Source: Tubulanus polymorphus | Taxonomy: Eukaryota > Animalia > Nemertea | Direction of reading: 5' to 3' | DNA: 64,000 nt | Assembly: GCF_964204645.1 (NCBI RefSeq) | Contig: NC_134036.1 | Span: 9,527,859 to 9,591,858 of the forward strand | Shown: positions 50,245-63,387 of the stretch, in pieces | How positions within the stretch are numbered: position 1 is the stretch's first letter | Layout: every line of letters starts with the position of its first letter | The notes under the pieces: generated by a model | What the model saw: only the letters and a program-made list of their open reading frames with translations | Database searches by the model: none | What the model was told of the DNA's origin: nothing | Made by a program: the position numbers and the translations under genes

Positions 50245-50715
50245 GAAGTTTCACTGGTGGTCAGTGATGGTCAATTTATGAATTTTAATGGCGAATCCTT
50301 TCTAGTTTCACACCAAAAGCGGTACCGGTATATCGTTCTTTCAAGAAGTTTCAATTGGTCAGTGGTGGTCAGTGATGGTCAATTTATGAATTTTCAATGG
50401 CGAATCGTTTCTAGTTTGACACCATAACGCGGTATATCGTTTTCATATTCGAGAAGTTTGAATTGGTCATTGGTGGTCAGTGATGGTCAATTTATGAATT
50501 TTCAATGGCGAATCGTTTCTAGTTTGACACCATAACGCGGTATATCGTTTTCATATTCGAGAAGTTTCAATTGGTCAGTGGTGGTCAGTGATGGTCAATT
50601 TATGAATTTTCAATGGCGAATCGTTTCTAGTTTGACACCATAACGCGGTATATCGTTTTCATATTCGAGAAGTTTGAATTGGTCAGTGGTGGTCAGTGAT
50701 GGTCAGTGATGAATT
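50245..50715 (+). repeat. 108-bp tandem repeat, about 4.3 copies
   Basis: tggtggtcagtgatggtca recurs at 50363, 50471, 50579, 50687, with a degenerate copy at ~50255. Confidence 0.9.
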
Positions 50716-51263
50716 TGCAATGATGATTCCTTAGAGGTTTGAAAACAAACATTACATGATAAATTTCCGAAATTCGAAGTCAAGTGTTCAGACTCGGGGA
50801 TATCTCAATTGGTCAGTTACTGACCATCATGGTGTCACCATTGTGGTCTATAGCTCAAATGAAACATGTGGAACCGACGAAGGGGCCCAAAAGCGTTAAG
50901 TCATTTCCTGGAGTGACGTGATCCAAAAATGCCCTAACTGGAAAAGGCAGTCTCTCAATTGGATGAAACCAAATCGGACAGGACAATTAAAATTTGGGAA
51001 GGTCACAGGTAGTGGTCTTTCTACGAAGCCCACGCGGTGAGCGTATCATTATGAAATCTTTTTTTAAACCACCATGTACCACGAAGCAATAAGCATCGTT
51101 GTAAGCACTTGAAACAGCCATTAACCACTTGCAACTGTCAGATCAAACATCATACCGCATCCCCGCAAAGAGGGGTGGTTCAGCAAACCGGAGTTCTCAT
51201 TGGCCTCTCTAGACTACCCCGCCAGTACGGGTAGCCGAGCAAACCGGAAAACTCATAATGCGA

Positions 51264-52244
51264 GTTTTCCCACGGGGATACCCACTGTCGGACAGCGCAC
51301 CGGACCGATCGATGCAACGAGTTAGGTTCGAATCCCATTATTTGCAGGCAATTTTATATGGAATATTATATTACGATACCGTTGACTGGCTGCCACCTGT
51401 AGAAGAAGTCAGAATCAAGTGGGGTGAAAGAGACCAGGCACCTAATGTCTATTTCTACTAGGCAAACTTCGGTTATCGAAGTTCATCGACTTTTTGAGAA
51501 CTTCAGAAACGAATATTATCAGATAAATATTGAGCACGTTCGCGGTGTAGGACCGTAGTTGTAGATGGTTGCAAACATGAAATCCTACGACCAAACAAGT
51601 ACCGGTTCAAATTCCTTTGAAATTATTATAATTTTACGGCCGTCCAGTACCGGTACCAATAAGATTCTTTTGATCCAAATAATCAGCATAGGGACATATA
51701 TGTTATAGCAGTCACAAAGTAAACATTAAAAAAAACGAAACCATTTTATAATCTTTCATATCATTTAATTCTAAAAGATAAACCACATTCGCTTATAACA
51801 ACAATGTAGACACACAACACGCATGAAATGAAATATACATGCGAATGAATGAAATATACATAATGTCTATTTATTTTCGTCTGACATCGATCCAGTTCCA
51901 CAGTCGTGAGTTAACTCTCAGTTACTTAGAATCAATTCATTTCCAATGTTTTAAATCCAGAGACCAGAGTCAAATCTTAACTCGGAAATGAGTCCTGGAG
52001 AATGACCCATGATGTCATCACAAATCCTACGTTTACGTACCATCGATTTGTATTCCTTCAGTTACTGCAGCGATACTCTGTATCACTGAATTCGCAAAGC
52101 ACGTATTGCCTAGGTTCTCCATTATTTGGAACAGTATCGTTAAGTTGTTGACTAGCGATATGATAAATTATCAAATACTAATTCCGGGTGTTGAAAACCT
52201 GGGTCCGGTGCCCTGTCCGACAGTGGGTATCCCCGTGGGAAAAC
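51264..52244. mobile_element. Non-autonomous DNA transposon with 43-bp TIRs
   Basis: GTTTTCCCACGGGGATACCCACTGTCGGACAG(C/G)GCACCGGACC at 51264-51306, inverted at 52202-52244 (1 mismatch); TSD not resolved. Confidence 0.75.
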
Positions 52245-52799
52245 CCCGTTTATTATTCATAGTAAAAATGAAGAAATTCCGCGTTTTTGGAAAATTCCGC
52301 GATTCCGTCTTTCCGCGATATGACAACACCGTATGAAATGGCAGGAAGACATTTGAAATAACAATTCAGTGTAGTATTATACTTATAATAGATGAATTTT
52401 GAATAGTTTTTGTTCATATATCAGCAAATATCATAATACCTTTTCTTTAACTGATGATCTCTCAATCAAAAACACCTAAAAGGATAAAATGGACAACTTT
52501 TCATGTCGTATATCATGCTTTTATAGTTTTAGTAAATGTGTATGTCCCGGGTGTATGTGCGCGTACTGTTTCGACCTAAGGATTACAGAAAAAGAATGAT
52601 ATAGATGAATCACCTGATTTCATTTGAAAAAATAATAAATTTTTCGCTAAAAAGGACGTCTTCCAAAGCTGCGTTAAATTCATGAAATCAGACAGTGATT
52701 ACGTAAACACCTCCTTTAGCATAAACGAATTAATGTTGAGATAAAAACTCGCGACGCCAAACGCAATTTTGATTTTATTTGTAGTTGATTTTCTCGGGA

Positions 52800-53757
52800 C
52801 GCATCCACGTGAAAATCAAGTACGACATCAAGTACATACAGTCCAACGAACTCACGCTGCATGTGGCGGCCAGAGTTTGCGGAGATGCTGCGGAAGCTTG
52901 TGGGAAGGAACTAGGCTACGAGAAATGCGGGGAAGCCCACATGGATCGTAAGGGCGGAGTGACGACGGAGGAGGCAGACAATGCGCCACTGCCAGTGTAG
53001 GGAAGAGGGAGCACGTACATCTGAGAGCGCTCCAGTTGCTAGAAACCTGCATGGGTGACCTGAAGACGAAAATCAAAGACCACTTATGCGCCAAGGCGAA
53101 GGCAATCTGGGGATCCACGCTCAGTTCCAACCAGAAAGTAACCTCGCACAATGCCGCGTGTATGGGTGCCTTAAGGTAATACTGCACGATAGGGTCGTTG
53201 CACCGCACAGATGCTGATGAAATCCATAGCTCGCTACGGAAAGTGACGAGTCAGAACGGGGCACTGTCCAATCACCAGTCGATTGATAGACTATATCTAC
53301 CCAAGGAAGGGGCGGACTGGGGCTCCAGTCAACTTGGTACGTGCTGACGCAAACCGCTGTGGGTTTTTCTAAGTACGTACTACAGACCGAGTACCCGTTC
53401 GCCAGGAATCTGGCGGATGTGTTCTGCTACCTGGCTAAGTACAATAAAGACAATGACAATGTGGTCCGTGTAGTGTTTAAGCGAGCTGGCGCTGAGCGCA
53501 CCCACTGGTCGGGAGACAGGAAGGATGCAGACATCTTGCCAACCAAGAACGAAATCAATGCCAGAATCACCGGGGAAGTCCGAGCCGAAATTAGGGCAAA
53601 GACGATCCACGGGAAGTTCTGGTAGGCGGAGAGGGGCAACGCCACCTTTGCTTGGCTGACCACTAAGTCGAGGAATTACACATCGGAAACGGTGTGTGAT
53701 ATAATGTCGATGCAAGATGGAACCGTTCGGACTGCCTACTGGCAACACCGGCTTGCA
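52800..53757 (+). mobile_element. Degenerate RLE-type (R4/Dong/NeSL-like) non-LTR retrotransposon, RT C-terminal fragment
   Basis: IWGSTLSSNQKVTSHNAA, LRKVTSQNG, SIDRLYLPKEG/GLGLQS, KTIHGKFW; many frameshifts. Confidence 0.65.
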
Positions 53758-54399
53758 GGCTAATAGGGATAAGTAAAAGGTGGGGGGTCGATGTGCGAAA
53801 GGGCCAAATCGATTTCTCGAAACAGCTCTCCGGCCGGAAGTGTCGGGTTTGGAGATTTGAACTACCGGTCACGCATTAAGGACCCCACAGGGAATCTACA
53901 CACGAGAAATGGGCGTCGTTGGACGTATGCTTCCGGAGATATTTCGTTTATTTTACAGCACTGAAAATTTTTTAACCCTCCCAAACGGTACCCGGCCTAT
54001 TCATGAGACCCAGCTCACGTTAGTGGCGGACGAGGCCTCTAGACGCCGCTCGAGTTCGTTAGGAGTCCGCGCATGCGTAGCACGACGCGTTAGACCCCAG
54101 GGGTCGGCCCCGGGACCGAGTACTCGAAAAAGGCTTTTGATATAGAGTGTGCAGAAAAGCAATCCGGTTTGAGGGATCCCTATACTGACAGCCTCTAAGT
54201 AGAATGTGTCTAAAGTCCATCCCATTAGAAGTATCCCTATTCAATCCGGTTCGAATCCCGGATTAGTGATTTTCTTTTTAGGATCAAAATCTTTATAATT
54301 CCTCATTTTTCAGATGTCTCCTGGTTTTTGCTAGAAATCCTCCTTTCGTGACCGAAAAGTGATAACAATTGTGAAATTCGATATGTCTATTTCATTCAT

Positions 54400-57078
54400 T
54401 TAAACATTTCTGAGGTACTGCCTCAATTTTTCAACACGATACTTTTTCACGATTCTTTGTATGTCTTTGATTTTCTCAGCGACTAGCATTATTTTCCAGG
54501 CCCGTAAGTACGTTTTAAATGTGGCGCGAATCGCCTTCACCTCATCGGTCGTGTATCTGGTTCGCTTTCTTACGCACTGCAAAATAAAATGGATAAGAAT
54601 GATCCTGGAACTTTCTTGGTTGGCGAAAACAAATAAAAATGAACTTACCACCGATACATCGGTTGTACTTGATGAGGCGGTCACATTCTGTTCTCCATCA
54701 GAACTGTCATGTTCGACATCTTCGGTTGGTTGACCTCGTTCGACATATTCGGTTGGATGATCTCGTTAGACATCTTCGGTTGGTTGACTTCGACATCTTT
54801 GGTGCGGACATCTGTGCCTGTGTCTTCCGGGGGCACTCGTTCCAGCCTCCGATTCGATTCTAGCCTTTTTCTTTACCTGTTTCGAGCTGACAAAAAGAAA
54901 GAACTGGTTATGCTTGGTGAAACAAAATTGTGTCTACTACAGCCAATATGCCTACCCCGAATGTCCGTTTAACTGCCTTTCTTACATCGATGGTCCCCTT
55001 GTGGCCATCCTTCAGGTTGTAAAAGCTATATGCGGTCTTTTCGCTGTGCAGCATATAGTGGGCCAATTGTTTTCGCAACTCCGGATTCTTGTCCGCCATA
55101 GCAGTCATGATAGACTTTCGGATGATCGCAGGAGTCACCTGTCTCTTGCCAAACGTTGACTTCACGTACTGTTGTAATGGTCTGAACATATCATGAATAA
55201 TTAATTGCTGAATTTCATTTTCTAAAATGATTGATTAAATTACTGACCGATTGAGGTAATGGGATGGTAGAAGACCTCCCTCGTAGTTTCGACAAATCTT
55301 TTTGTCCGGTTCTTTGGCGTATCGCTTGGCGAATGATCTAAGAAATGCAAATGGTACGGATTCAAGATGAATCAAACCGGCTCCGTACTTTGCCGTTGTC
55401 TTGTGCGGTAAAACCTGAAAAAGAAAATAGATAATAATCCCTGAATAGTTCAGATACTTTGAACAATGAATGGGCTATACTTTGATCGTATATGTACTGT
55501 CAGCATCTTCCTTTGCATCGTTTATTGTGCTAGATGTTATGCCTATGGCAAGCGAAGGGCGGCTCGCTCCTAGTGCTGTAACCACGAACAAGAGAAAGTT
55601 CCGTACTGTGTAGTATTCCTCTGCATTCAGTGAAGCCGTCCCTTTCTGCAAAAGTTCTACTGCCGCTTTCGATGTTTCAGATTGCAGTATTTTCTTCACA
55701 TCGTCACCGTCAAGCAGTAGTTCTACAAAAAAGGTTAAACATGTGTTAACAGGAAAAATTCATCCTTAGTCCTTGCATGCAATGTATGTATGTATGTATG
55801 TATGTATGTATTTATGTATGTATGCATGTATGTATGCCCACTTTGCTGCTTGTCATGGACTTCGTGCTGCCTAGCTTTTGAATCCTTTCGTAACTTCTGG
55901 GCGTACGTAGCTAGACGCATTTCGACACGATTCAATGTGTGTTGTCGAATACCCGATACCTTGTGTCCACGCTGGAAATCAAAAGTTTCATCAATATGTA
56001 GCATGTTATGTCGGGTGTGCCGGATTTCTTACTTGACGGTGCACACGTGAAGGGAAGTAGACAGTGCACATGGGAAGGAAAGTAGACGGTGCACAAGGGA
56101 AAGGCTAGGGTAAAAAGTTTTCCAAGAAGACGGTGCACAAGGGATGGGAAGTAGACGGCGCACAAGGGAAGGGAAATAGACGGTGCACAAGGGAAGGGTT
56201 TTAGGTGCAACATCCTGGAGGGAGTAGAGGGAGGTCCATGCATTAATACTCACATCGAGAATGAATTGGATTAATCAATTCTTTATGGTATGAACATAGG
56301 CCTTCAGTGACCCCGGGGTGTTACCGCTGTCTTTTTCCGCTTCCAACAAGTCGACTACGTTTTGAGGCTTTAGTTTGCCATTGCAAAAATTTAGCAACTG
56401 GCAACTATCGCGCACATAAGCCTCTGAAGTTTTCTTCTCCTCAGCCATTGGGCGAAGCCAATGTAGGAATTCCTCATCAAAATCTATCAGACAAATAAGA
56501 ATTAGGTCATCACGAACAAACACAAGAGTAAAATATGTAGGACTTACCCTTTTCATCGGATGGACTTTCTTCATTCGTTTAACATTGTCTTCCTCTTTCT
56601 CTTCTTCCTCCTCTTCACCCCTTCCTCAGTCACCTCACCCTCCTCCACATTACTTTCATCTGCCTTCTCTTCTTCATTGCTTTGATCTCTATCTTTGGGA
56701 CTAGTTTCTTCCACTTCTGAATCAGAATATTTCACTTCCGAATCTGAATCTTTCACGGAATCACTGCTCTGATCTAAAGATAAAAACGAAAGACATGGTA
56801 ATTCGATAACTTTTTCATTCGCAAAGTCAATAGCATCTGATGTTACCTCGCGATAGACATTTAGAATGGCTTGAAGTAATTCCGCATTTTCTACACTGAA
56901 CCATTTATCTCCGCTTGTTATATGGGGCTATGGTCTTGTATTGCGTCTTTGTGACGTCTTCCTCTATTCTCCGATTCCAGTTTCTGGATCGAACACGCCC
57001 CCACTTGTGGCCGACTCTGAGGTGCTGCGGCATGTGTGTCTTTGGCCGCGTGCAAACGGGGCAAGCATGTTTGCGCCG
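54400..57078 (-). pseudogene. Multi-exon tyrosine recombinase YR-2
   Basis: Same exon/intron structure as YR-1; GASRPS, PHKTTAKYG, TPAIIRKS, YMLHSEKTAYSFY; stops at ~56905 and ~56275; empty (TATG)n intron at 55783-55836. Confidence 0.8.
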
Positions 57079-57120
57079 CTGTAGAAATAAAGAACGTGAA
57101 AATGTATGAAAAATAAACAG

Positions 57121-57590
57121 AGGGTGCACAAAGTTAGGGTTAGTGAAGATTTCTAAGTAGAGGGTGCACAAAGTTAGGGTTAGTGAAGATTTCTAAGTAG
57201 ATGGTGCACAAGGTTAGGGTCAAACGGTGCGCAAAGTCCACTGAGTGTCCACAAGGTTAGGGTTAGTAGTTCAAGTTTCAAAAAGAATGTGCATAAGGCT
57301 AGGGAGTAAACGGTGCACAAACGCCGGGAGCTAATATCAGTATACGGTGCACAAGGGTAGCGAGTTAGGGTAAAACGGTGCACAAGGTCGGGGTTTGTGA
57401 GGTAATGTAAGTATAAGGTGCACAAACGCCGGGGGCTAATATCAGTGAACGGTGCACAGGGGTAGGGGGTTTTGGATTAAAAGGTACGCAAGGTCCACTG
57501 AGTGTGCACAAGGTTAGGGTAAGTAGTTTCAGTAAGTAGAAGGTGCACAAAGTTTGGGTAGGGAGTTCGGGTTAGGAGGTGCACAACGTT
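57121..57590 (+). repeat. Subterminal repeat cluster of GGTGCACAA units with GTTAGGG(TTAG)
   Basis: About 12 GTGC(A/G)CAA-type cores, many followed by TTAGGG. Confidence 0.8.
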
Positions 57591-58499
57591 CAACGATTAG
57601 AGGGCCAGTCCATGGATAACAATAATATATCTACGCACTTTTATGCCTTTTGATCCTTTTTTCGGTTTGTATCGTATTCTCGGTCGACCCTGTTGACTCG
57701 TTTTCGCCTGGCTTTTTCGGCGTGGATGTCACTATTACCATTTTTGAAAGTCCGGCTATAAACGTATTTACATAATCTTAATTGATTTCTATAATGCAAT
57801 ATTAGGTAACGGTTATTCACGAATACAAGCTGCAAACACTAAACAAACTAATCTTCAAGCATAAAACTTCAAATAGTTATTAGATCAGAAAATGAAACGA
57901 GAAAGTGTTAGAATCGCATTCAATTCGCGTACCGATCAAGTCGTTTTGCAGCATTTTATCGCGCATTCGCTCCATCACTGAAAATAAGTGCCAGTTATTA
58001 TGTTCAAGCGCAATACAATAAAGTAAGTTCCTACAATGGAATATGATGTTACTTACGATCCTCGTCTCCATTAGTATATTGCTCCTCGAGCCTGGCAAGT
58101 GCCGACGCAATATTTGGGTTTACGTCTGTTACTGCAAACAAGCACAGTTTTTTCAAGTTAGATTTGCACAAAAGCCAAAAGTACAAAAAAGTCATGTAAA
58201 CGTCAAATGAACTAACTGTACTGCGTGGCGATTATTTCGCAAACACGAGGCTGCAACTTCTTAGAAACCACAGCAATACCTTCTGATAAATAGACATAAT
58301 ACTAATAACCACTTGAAATTCTCATGTACACAATTTCTCAACCTTAACTGAATAAACTTAAAATACTATGGAAGAAGCTAAACTTGTCTCTTCCTTTAAA
58401 CAGAACTTTTCAGAGTTCCTAAACATTTTTCAATGTTTTATCAATCAACATATTATACTCTAAAGTAGGAATTAGAGGGCACTTGACCTTTAACATTGT

Positions 58500-59000
58500 T
58501 TCTTAGATTATGTTGCAAAGCATCCTGTAATGCTAGGTTTCCAAGTAACCGAAAAACCCAGTTTTTTCATCAACTGAAAGCGAAGCCGCATGTCAGGCGT
58601 TTACATTCATATTATGTGAAAGCAGTCACCCGTCTTTACACCTGCAGATGCAGACGACATGTTTGTAGCCATAGCAACACAACCATGGACAGGTTGGTGA
58701 GTTTCCATGACAACGAGTAAAGTAGGTTCCGCGACGGGCTTTCCAAGACAAGTCCACGAAATGTATAGAGGTAGAGCGAGAATATTAAGATGGAATAGCA
58801 AGTGGTGTGCGCGAGTGGTTTCGTTCCCACGAAGAGATCTTTTCCTTAAACCAATATCAATTTTCACCGGGTCTCCGTTAAACCTGCTACTGGTCATCGG
58901 AAATACGAACCATACTTCTTTCGTTTTTTTCCCTGGATCCAATTCTACAATTTATGTAAAAAAGCCACATAACCGTAATCATTTGCTCCCTTAATCACCC
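58500..59000 (-). pseudogene. Possible decayed Gypsy integrase fragment
   Basis: SRFNGDPVKIDIG..GNE..HHLLFHLNI..VKTGDCFH loosely follows the rve core motif order. Confidence 0.3.
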
Positions 59001-59769
59001 ATCCGCCCTAAACTGCTCATCCACTCTGCATATGAACGTATTCACCAGTGGGATTCTAAAGATTTCATGTTTTCTTCTAGGACTCTCTTGTAAACGTCAT
59101 CGTGAATCCTGGACGTGCAGGTGTTCAAGTGAAATTCATGTGGATTGATATCAGTTCTACATATCGGTCAATTTACCGGACTATTAGTGAACTAACCGGA
59201 CTACACGTGAACTAACTGCACTAGTGGAATAGCCGAATTATGCGATCTTGATCTTGTGATCACTAATAGTCAACTTACCAAACTTCGTTAATTGATACTC
59301 GCAAAAATGGTCAGCGGTGGACTCTTTGAAGGTTGGGAACTCAGTGTGTGTATTTGTGGAATTTGGTGAATCTTTAACTCCGAGACAAGACAGGAGACGT
59401 GTGTGAGTAGAATTTCTTTTGGACTTTAAAAAAAAATCAATCATGAGCAAGCAGTTATCTATTAAAACCTAAGTGTTTGCTGAATTTCAAAATTCTGAAT
59501 TGTAAATTGAGTTATTTGCAGCAGCCTGTAATTGTGTTGCGGGAATTGTAATATGGGGATTTAGTAAGAGCATCAATTTCTATGTAAAATAGAGTATTTG
59601 GCAACATTAGGTTAACAATTATATCTGATCAAAATCATTTTGATCAAAATTTGTGACGAAAATTAGCGGGTCAAAACACGAAATCCAGAATATCGAATCG
59701 TAATATCAAATCAAAAAAACTAACTGCATATTCGTTATTATTGGAATCTCTCATCACTATGATGAATGA

Positions 59770-60480
59770 GCAGCAGCCTTTCTAGCTTTGCCTTTGTCCT
59801 TGAGCTTGTTGATGCGTTCGGCTTCGAAGGATACGACAGCATTATGACAGTGGGTGCGTCAGAGCAATCTGTCCAGGGCAGAACGTTCCCATGTCTCAAG
59901 TGTCCATACCACTGGCTTTGAGTTGACGCTTGAGTGAGTCCTTGAAGCGGAGGCGTGGGCGGCCAGTGTTACGGCGGCCATGACGCAGTTGGCTGTATAG
60001 AAGGGCCTTGGGTATCCTGCTATCATCCATCCGTACAAGGTGACCGCACCAGCGGAGTTGAGCTTTCATGATATTTGCCTCTACGCCAGTACAGCCACAT
60101 CTCTCAAGCACGGTTGTGATCGGTACATAGTCCTGCCTTTTTATTCCACAGATGCGCCTTAAGCAACGCATGTGGAAGCTATCAAGCTGCTTAATGTGGC
60201 GCTTGTAGATTGCCCAGGTCTCGCAGCCAAATAGCACAGATGAGAGTACTGTCGCTTGGTACACATGGATCTTGTTAGATCATTCCAGAGTCTCTTATTG
60301 AGTCTGCCGAATGCAGTGCTGGCTTTGGCAATGCGTAGGGCAATATCTGCATCAAGGCTTGCATCATGACTCATAATGCTGCCCAAGTAGCAAGACAATC
60401 AAGACAATCTACTGCATTCAGGGTGTGACCATCGACGGTAATGGCTGGTGGTACATAGGGCTGCCCTGGGGCTGGCTGGC
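59770..60480 (-). mobile_element. 5'-truncated RTE-clade LINE, RT C-terminal region
   Basis: CYLGS..RIAKASTAFGRL; YQATVLSSVLFGCETW; FHMRCLRRI; QLRWCGHLVRMDDSRIPKALLYSQL..GRPRLRFKD. Confidence 0.9.
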
Positions 60481-61866
60481 ACGACCGTACAGCGGTCTAT
60501 CGCAGCGTGAACTCTGAACTTATAGTGGGCGGAGCTAAGCTTCGTGGCTTCACGCTCACCCAAGCTCGGCAGTCTCCGACGTTGAATACGAACACATATT
60601 ACATTCATCGAAATCAATTTGATTTTAACGCAATTTATCTTAAATATCCATTATCCCTCTAATATTAAGAATAACTTGTATGATCCATTGAAATAACATA
60701 TTAATATATATATTCTGATACTCGTAGTCATGTGACAGCGGATTATTTTAACAAAATGGCGGACGGTTGTTTTGTTTTGCCGATGTGAAATTCGTCGTGT
60801 ATTTGAAGGCAGAAACCGTTTACTGATTTGTTTTTTGTTATCAAAATTTCATAAATTAGAATTAAACGCTATGAGGATTGCAATAGATGTATTTAGCTGG
60901 GCCTGGGGTGATAGGGGTAGTGTACCCGGCAGGTCGAAATCTAAAATTACGACAAAAACTTCTACTTCCGCGTTCAGTTACTTAGTTAGTCACTCTCGAT
61001 TTAGACTCATAACACCTGGTAAATTAGTCAGTAGATGTCGAATTGAGACATGAGTAAAGGTGATGCAATATTTACACGAAGCTAAATGCCAGGTAGGCTA
61101 CTTAACTCACCATGATGATGATCGATGGGGGGAAATGGGTCCGTAGGCCTAGTCTACATAAGATTAGTAGGCCTAGTCCTTATCAAACAATTAAAAGGCC
61201 TCAGCCAAGCCATCCTCATGTATCGACTAGGTAGCTGAGACATACCCGAAGCAGCGGTTATATGCTTTCCGGCCTGGGGAATTTAAATGGAGCCTCCCTT
61301 GGGATATTTTTTAAAATCAGACCTACGTAGCCACGTTCAGGGCTTTTTAACTCACAAATTGAATCAGATAAAGGATTTTTCATTGTGCATTGTCTTGGTT
61401 CGCACAAAAAGGTCAGTTCAGCAGTGCACTTTAAGGGTGAGAGGCGGGGGTGCGTGCCGTAGGATAGGCTACTTTTTACAGCGATAAGGTCCGTGTGAAT
61501 GTTATCTATTGGAAGTTTTATCTGCCTAATTTTTGCTGCCCAAACGACTTGACTCAAACACCACATGGGCCTAGTGTGATATAGCGTACATGATGGACTA
61601 TGGAAGAGCATATTATTAAGGTTAGCACGATACCATTTTTGTTATTTCATGCTACGCTGTCTGGATCAAAAAGTCAACTGAAAATTTCAAATTTTTGTCT
61701 TTCAGCCTGGAAAGAGTAATGCAAATTATCTGGTCATTGCAGTTTTATGATCACAAAAAGGAAGGTAAGCCGAACGCATTGTCATAAATTTAACGTAAAA
61801 TGTTTAATTCGCTGTTTGTAAGCATATAATCAAATATAGTAGTAATAATTTTTAATCATTCAATTT

Positions 61867-62338
61867 GGAATTATCTGTACAGGATTTTCATAACGGTGAG
61901 TGTTTGATGCACACCTGCCTTAAACCAATATTCCAAAATAAGCAACTGAAATTATCCCCTGGCCAGTGTAGCGGGCGGGAGAGATTTAAACAGAAGGAAT
62001 GCTGGCCCATTTCGCTTCCACCTCTACACTGACTATTGATATTCAAGTTGCTTAATTTGGATTTATGGTGAAATTCATAGATAATAACATTTTGATTTTA
62101 CTATATTTACAGATTTACTACAATACAAGTTTTTAATCAGTCAATGTGGAATTATCTTTACAGGATTTTCTTAACGGTGAGTGTTTGATGCACACCTGCC
62201 TTAAACCAATATTCCAAAATAAGCAACTGAAATTATCCCCTGGCCAGTGTAGCGGGCGGGAGAGATTTAAACAGAAGGAATGCTGGCCCATTTCGCTTCC
62301 ACCTCTACACTGACTATTGATATTCAAGTTGCTTAATT
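61867..62338 (+). repeat. Near-identical ~190-bp direct duplication
   Basis: ggaattatct.tacagg...gttgcttaatt at ~61867-62058 and ~62148-62338. Confidence 0.9.
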
Positions 62339-62451
62339 GCGTATTCACGGTTTCATAACTACTATCTATATACTAATCAAGGATTTCAATTCATATACCA
62401 TTTTCATTTACTGTATGAAAATTGGTTTTTAATTGTTGTATTTTGGTAAAT

Positions 62452-63117
62452 CTATAATTTTGCAATTTTCTTGCAGATTTTACAAACTCTAGCTTCATTG
62501 GTTTTTTTATAGAAACCTCCGCATTGACATTTTCTTTTTATAGCATCGATCTTCAGGGTTTTAGTTGTATACAATCCTTGATTGATGAATAGTAGTTTGG
62601 TTCTGAAGATGTTGTTTCGTATTGTGCAATAAATCCGTGCATCTCTGTTTACACTTGCATGTTTGCACTCTAGGCCCTGTTCGCTAAACAGGCCTAGAGA
62701 GCCCCATAATCTAACAAATCTAGGTACATGAAACAGAAGTATGTGGAGCTTGGGTGTGATGTTAGTTTGGGGGAAGGTTTTAGGGAACCATGATCCAAAT
62801 GTATTGCAAAGATAATCTAACTGATCAATTTCCTGAGGGGTAAGCATCCGGTTGGCTGTATATAAGCTGTATAAATGATGGAATTTCTCAAACAGAGAAT
62901 AGAATTTATGTTCCTCCTCTGGGTGCCCGGCAAGAACTTTGCATAATTTCTGAGGGTTGTTTACATCCGACCTTTGATCTATATACAGTAATTTGTGGAT
63001 ATGATTTCCTACAAAGGAATTCGAATGATATGCCTGTTTATCGATTCCTATTTCTTTAAGTATTTCATTCAGGCGTTTCTGCAGTGGACCCATCTTAGCG
63101 TTGACTCTTTCGAATAC
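62452..63117 (-). CDS. C-terminal part of a Chapaev-like (Transib/RAG1-related) DDE transposase, cut by an LTR insertion
   Basis: QAYHSNSFVGNH, ITPKLHILLFHVPRF, LGLFSEQGLECKH, C-terminal CQC..CKIC; frame stays open up to the LTR edge at 63117. Confidence 0.75.
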   Translation of the reverse strand, partial: VFERVNAKMGPLQKRLNEILKEIGIDKQAYHSNSFVGNHIHKLLYIDQRSDVNNPQKLCKVLAGHPEEEHKFYSLFEKFHHLYSLYTANRMLTPQEIDQLDYLCNTFGSWFPKTFPQTNITPKLHILLFHVPRFVRLWGSLGLFSEQGLECKHASVNRDARIYCTIRNNIFRTKLLFINQGLYTTKTLKIDAIKRKCQCGGFYKKTNEARVCKICKKIAKL

Positions 63118-63334
63118 TGTCGGGAATTGTTATATGTCAGTTACCAGTAACGCACTCCCCTCAGTTCATGTAACCCCGCCTATGTAAGCCCCGCATGAAC
63201 TTATGCTGTAGCGAGTAGATAAATAAATCAGAGTTTACTTAGACACCAAACATATTGGTCGTTGTTCACCTCTCCGGCGGTCTTGCTTATTTTACTCAAA
63301 CCTGGACCATTTAATGTGGCAATCATAGCCCACA
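63118..63334 (+). mobile_element. 5' LTR of a BEL/Pao retrotransposon
   Basis: TGT...ACA ends, AATAAA at ~63222, followed directly by a PBS. Confidence 0.75.
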
Positions 63335-63337
63335 TTT

Positions 63338-63355
63338 TGGTGCCGTGACCAGGAT
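63338..63355 (+). promoter_or_regulatory. Primer-binding site complementary to the tRNA-His 3' end
   Basis: TGGTGCCGTGACCAGGAT. Confidence 0.75.
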
Positions 63356-63387
63356 ATACAAGCAGTAAATTCAGAAACTCAGCCAAG

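Larger units (their letters stand above)
54050..57590 (-). mobile_element. Tyrosine-recombinase (Crypton-like) element copy 2, without the Polinton
   Basis: Colinear with 19060-20969 plus 37204-38466; extends upstream of the gene into GGTGCACAA/TTAGGG subrepeats. Confidence 0.8.

Noticed and set aside
60700-63117. ProtoRAG-like RAG1/RAG2 transposon
   Set aside because: Motifs (ITPKLH, SEQG.E..H) fit Chapaev-like transposases better; no kelch RAG2-like ORF or RSS-like TIR was found.
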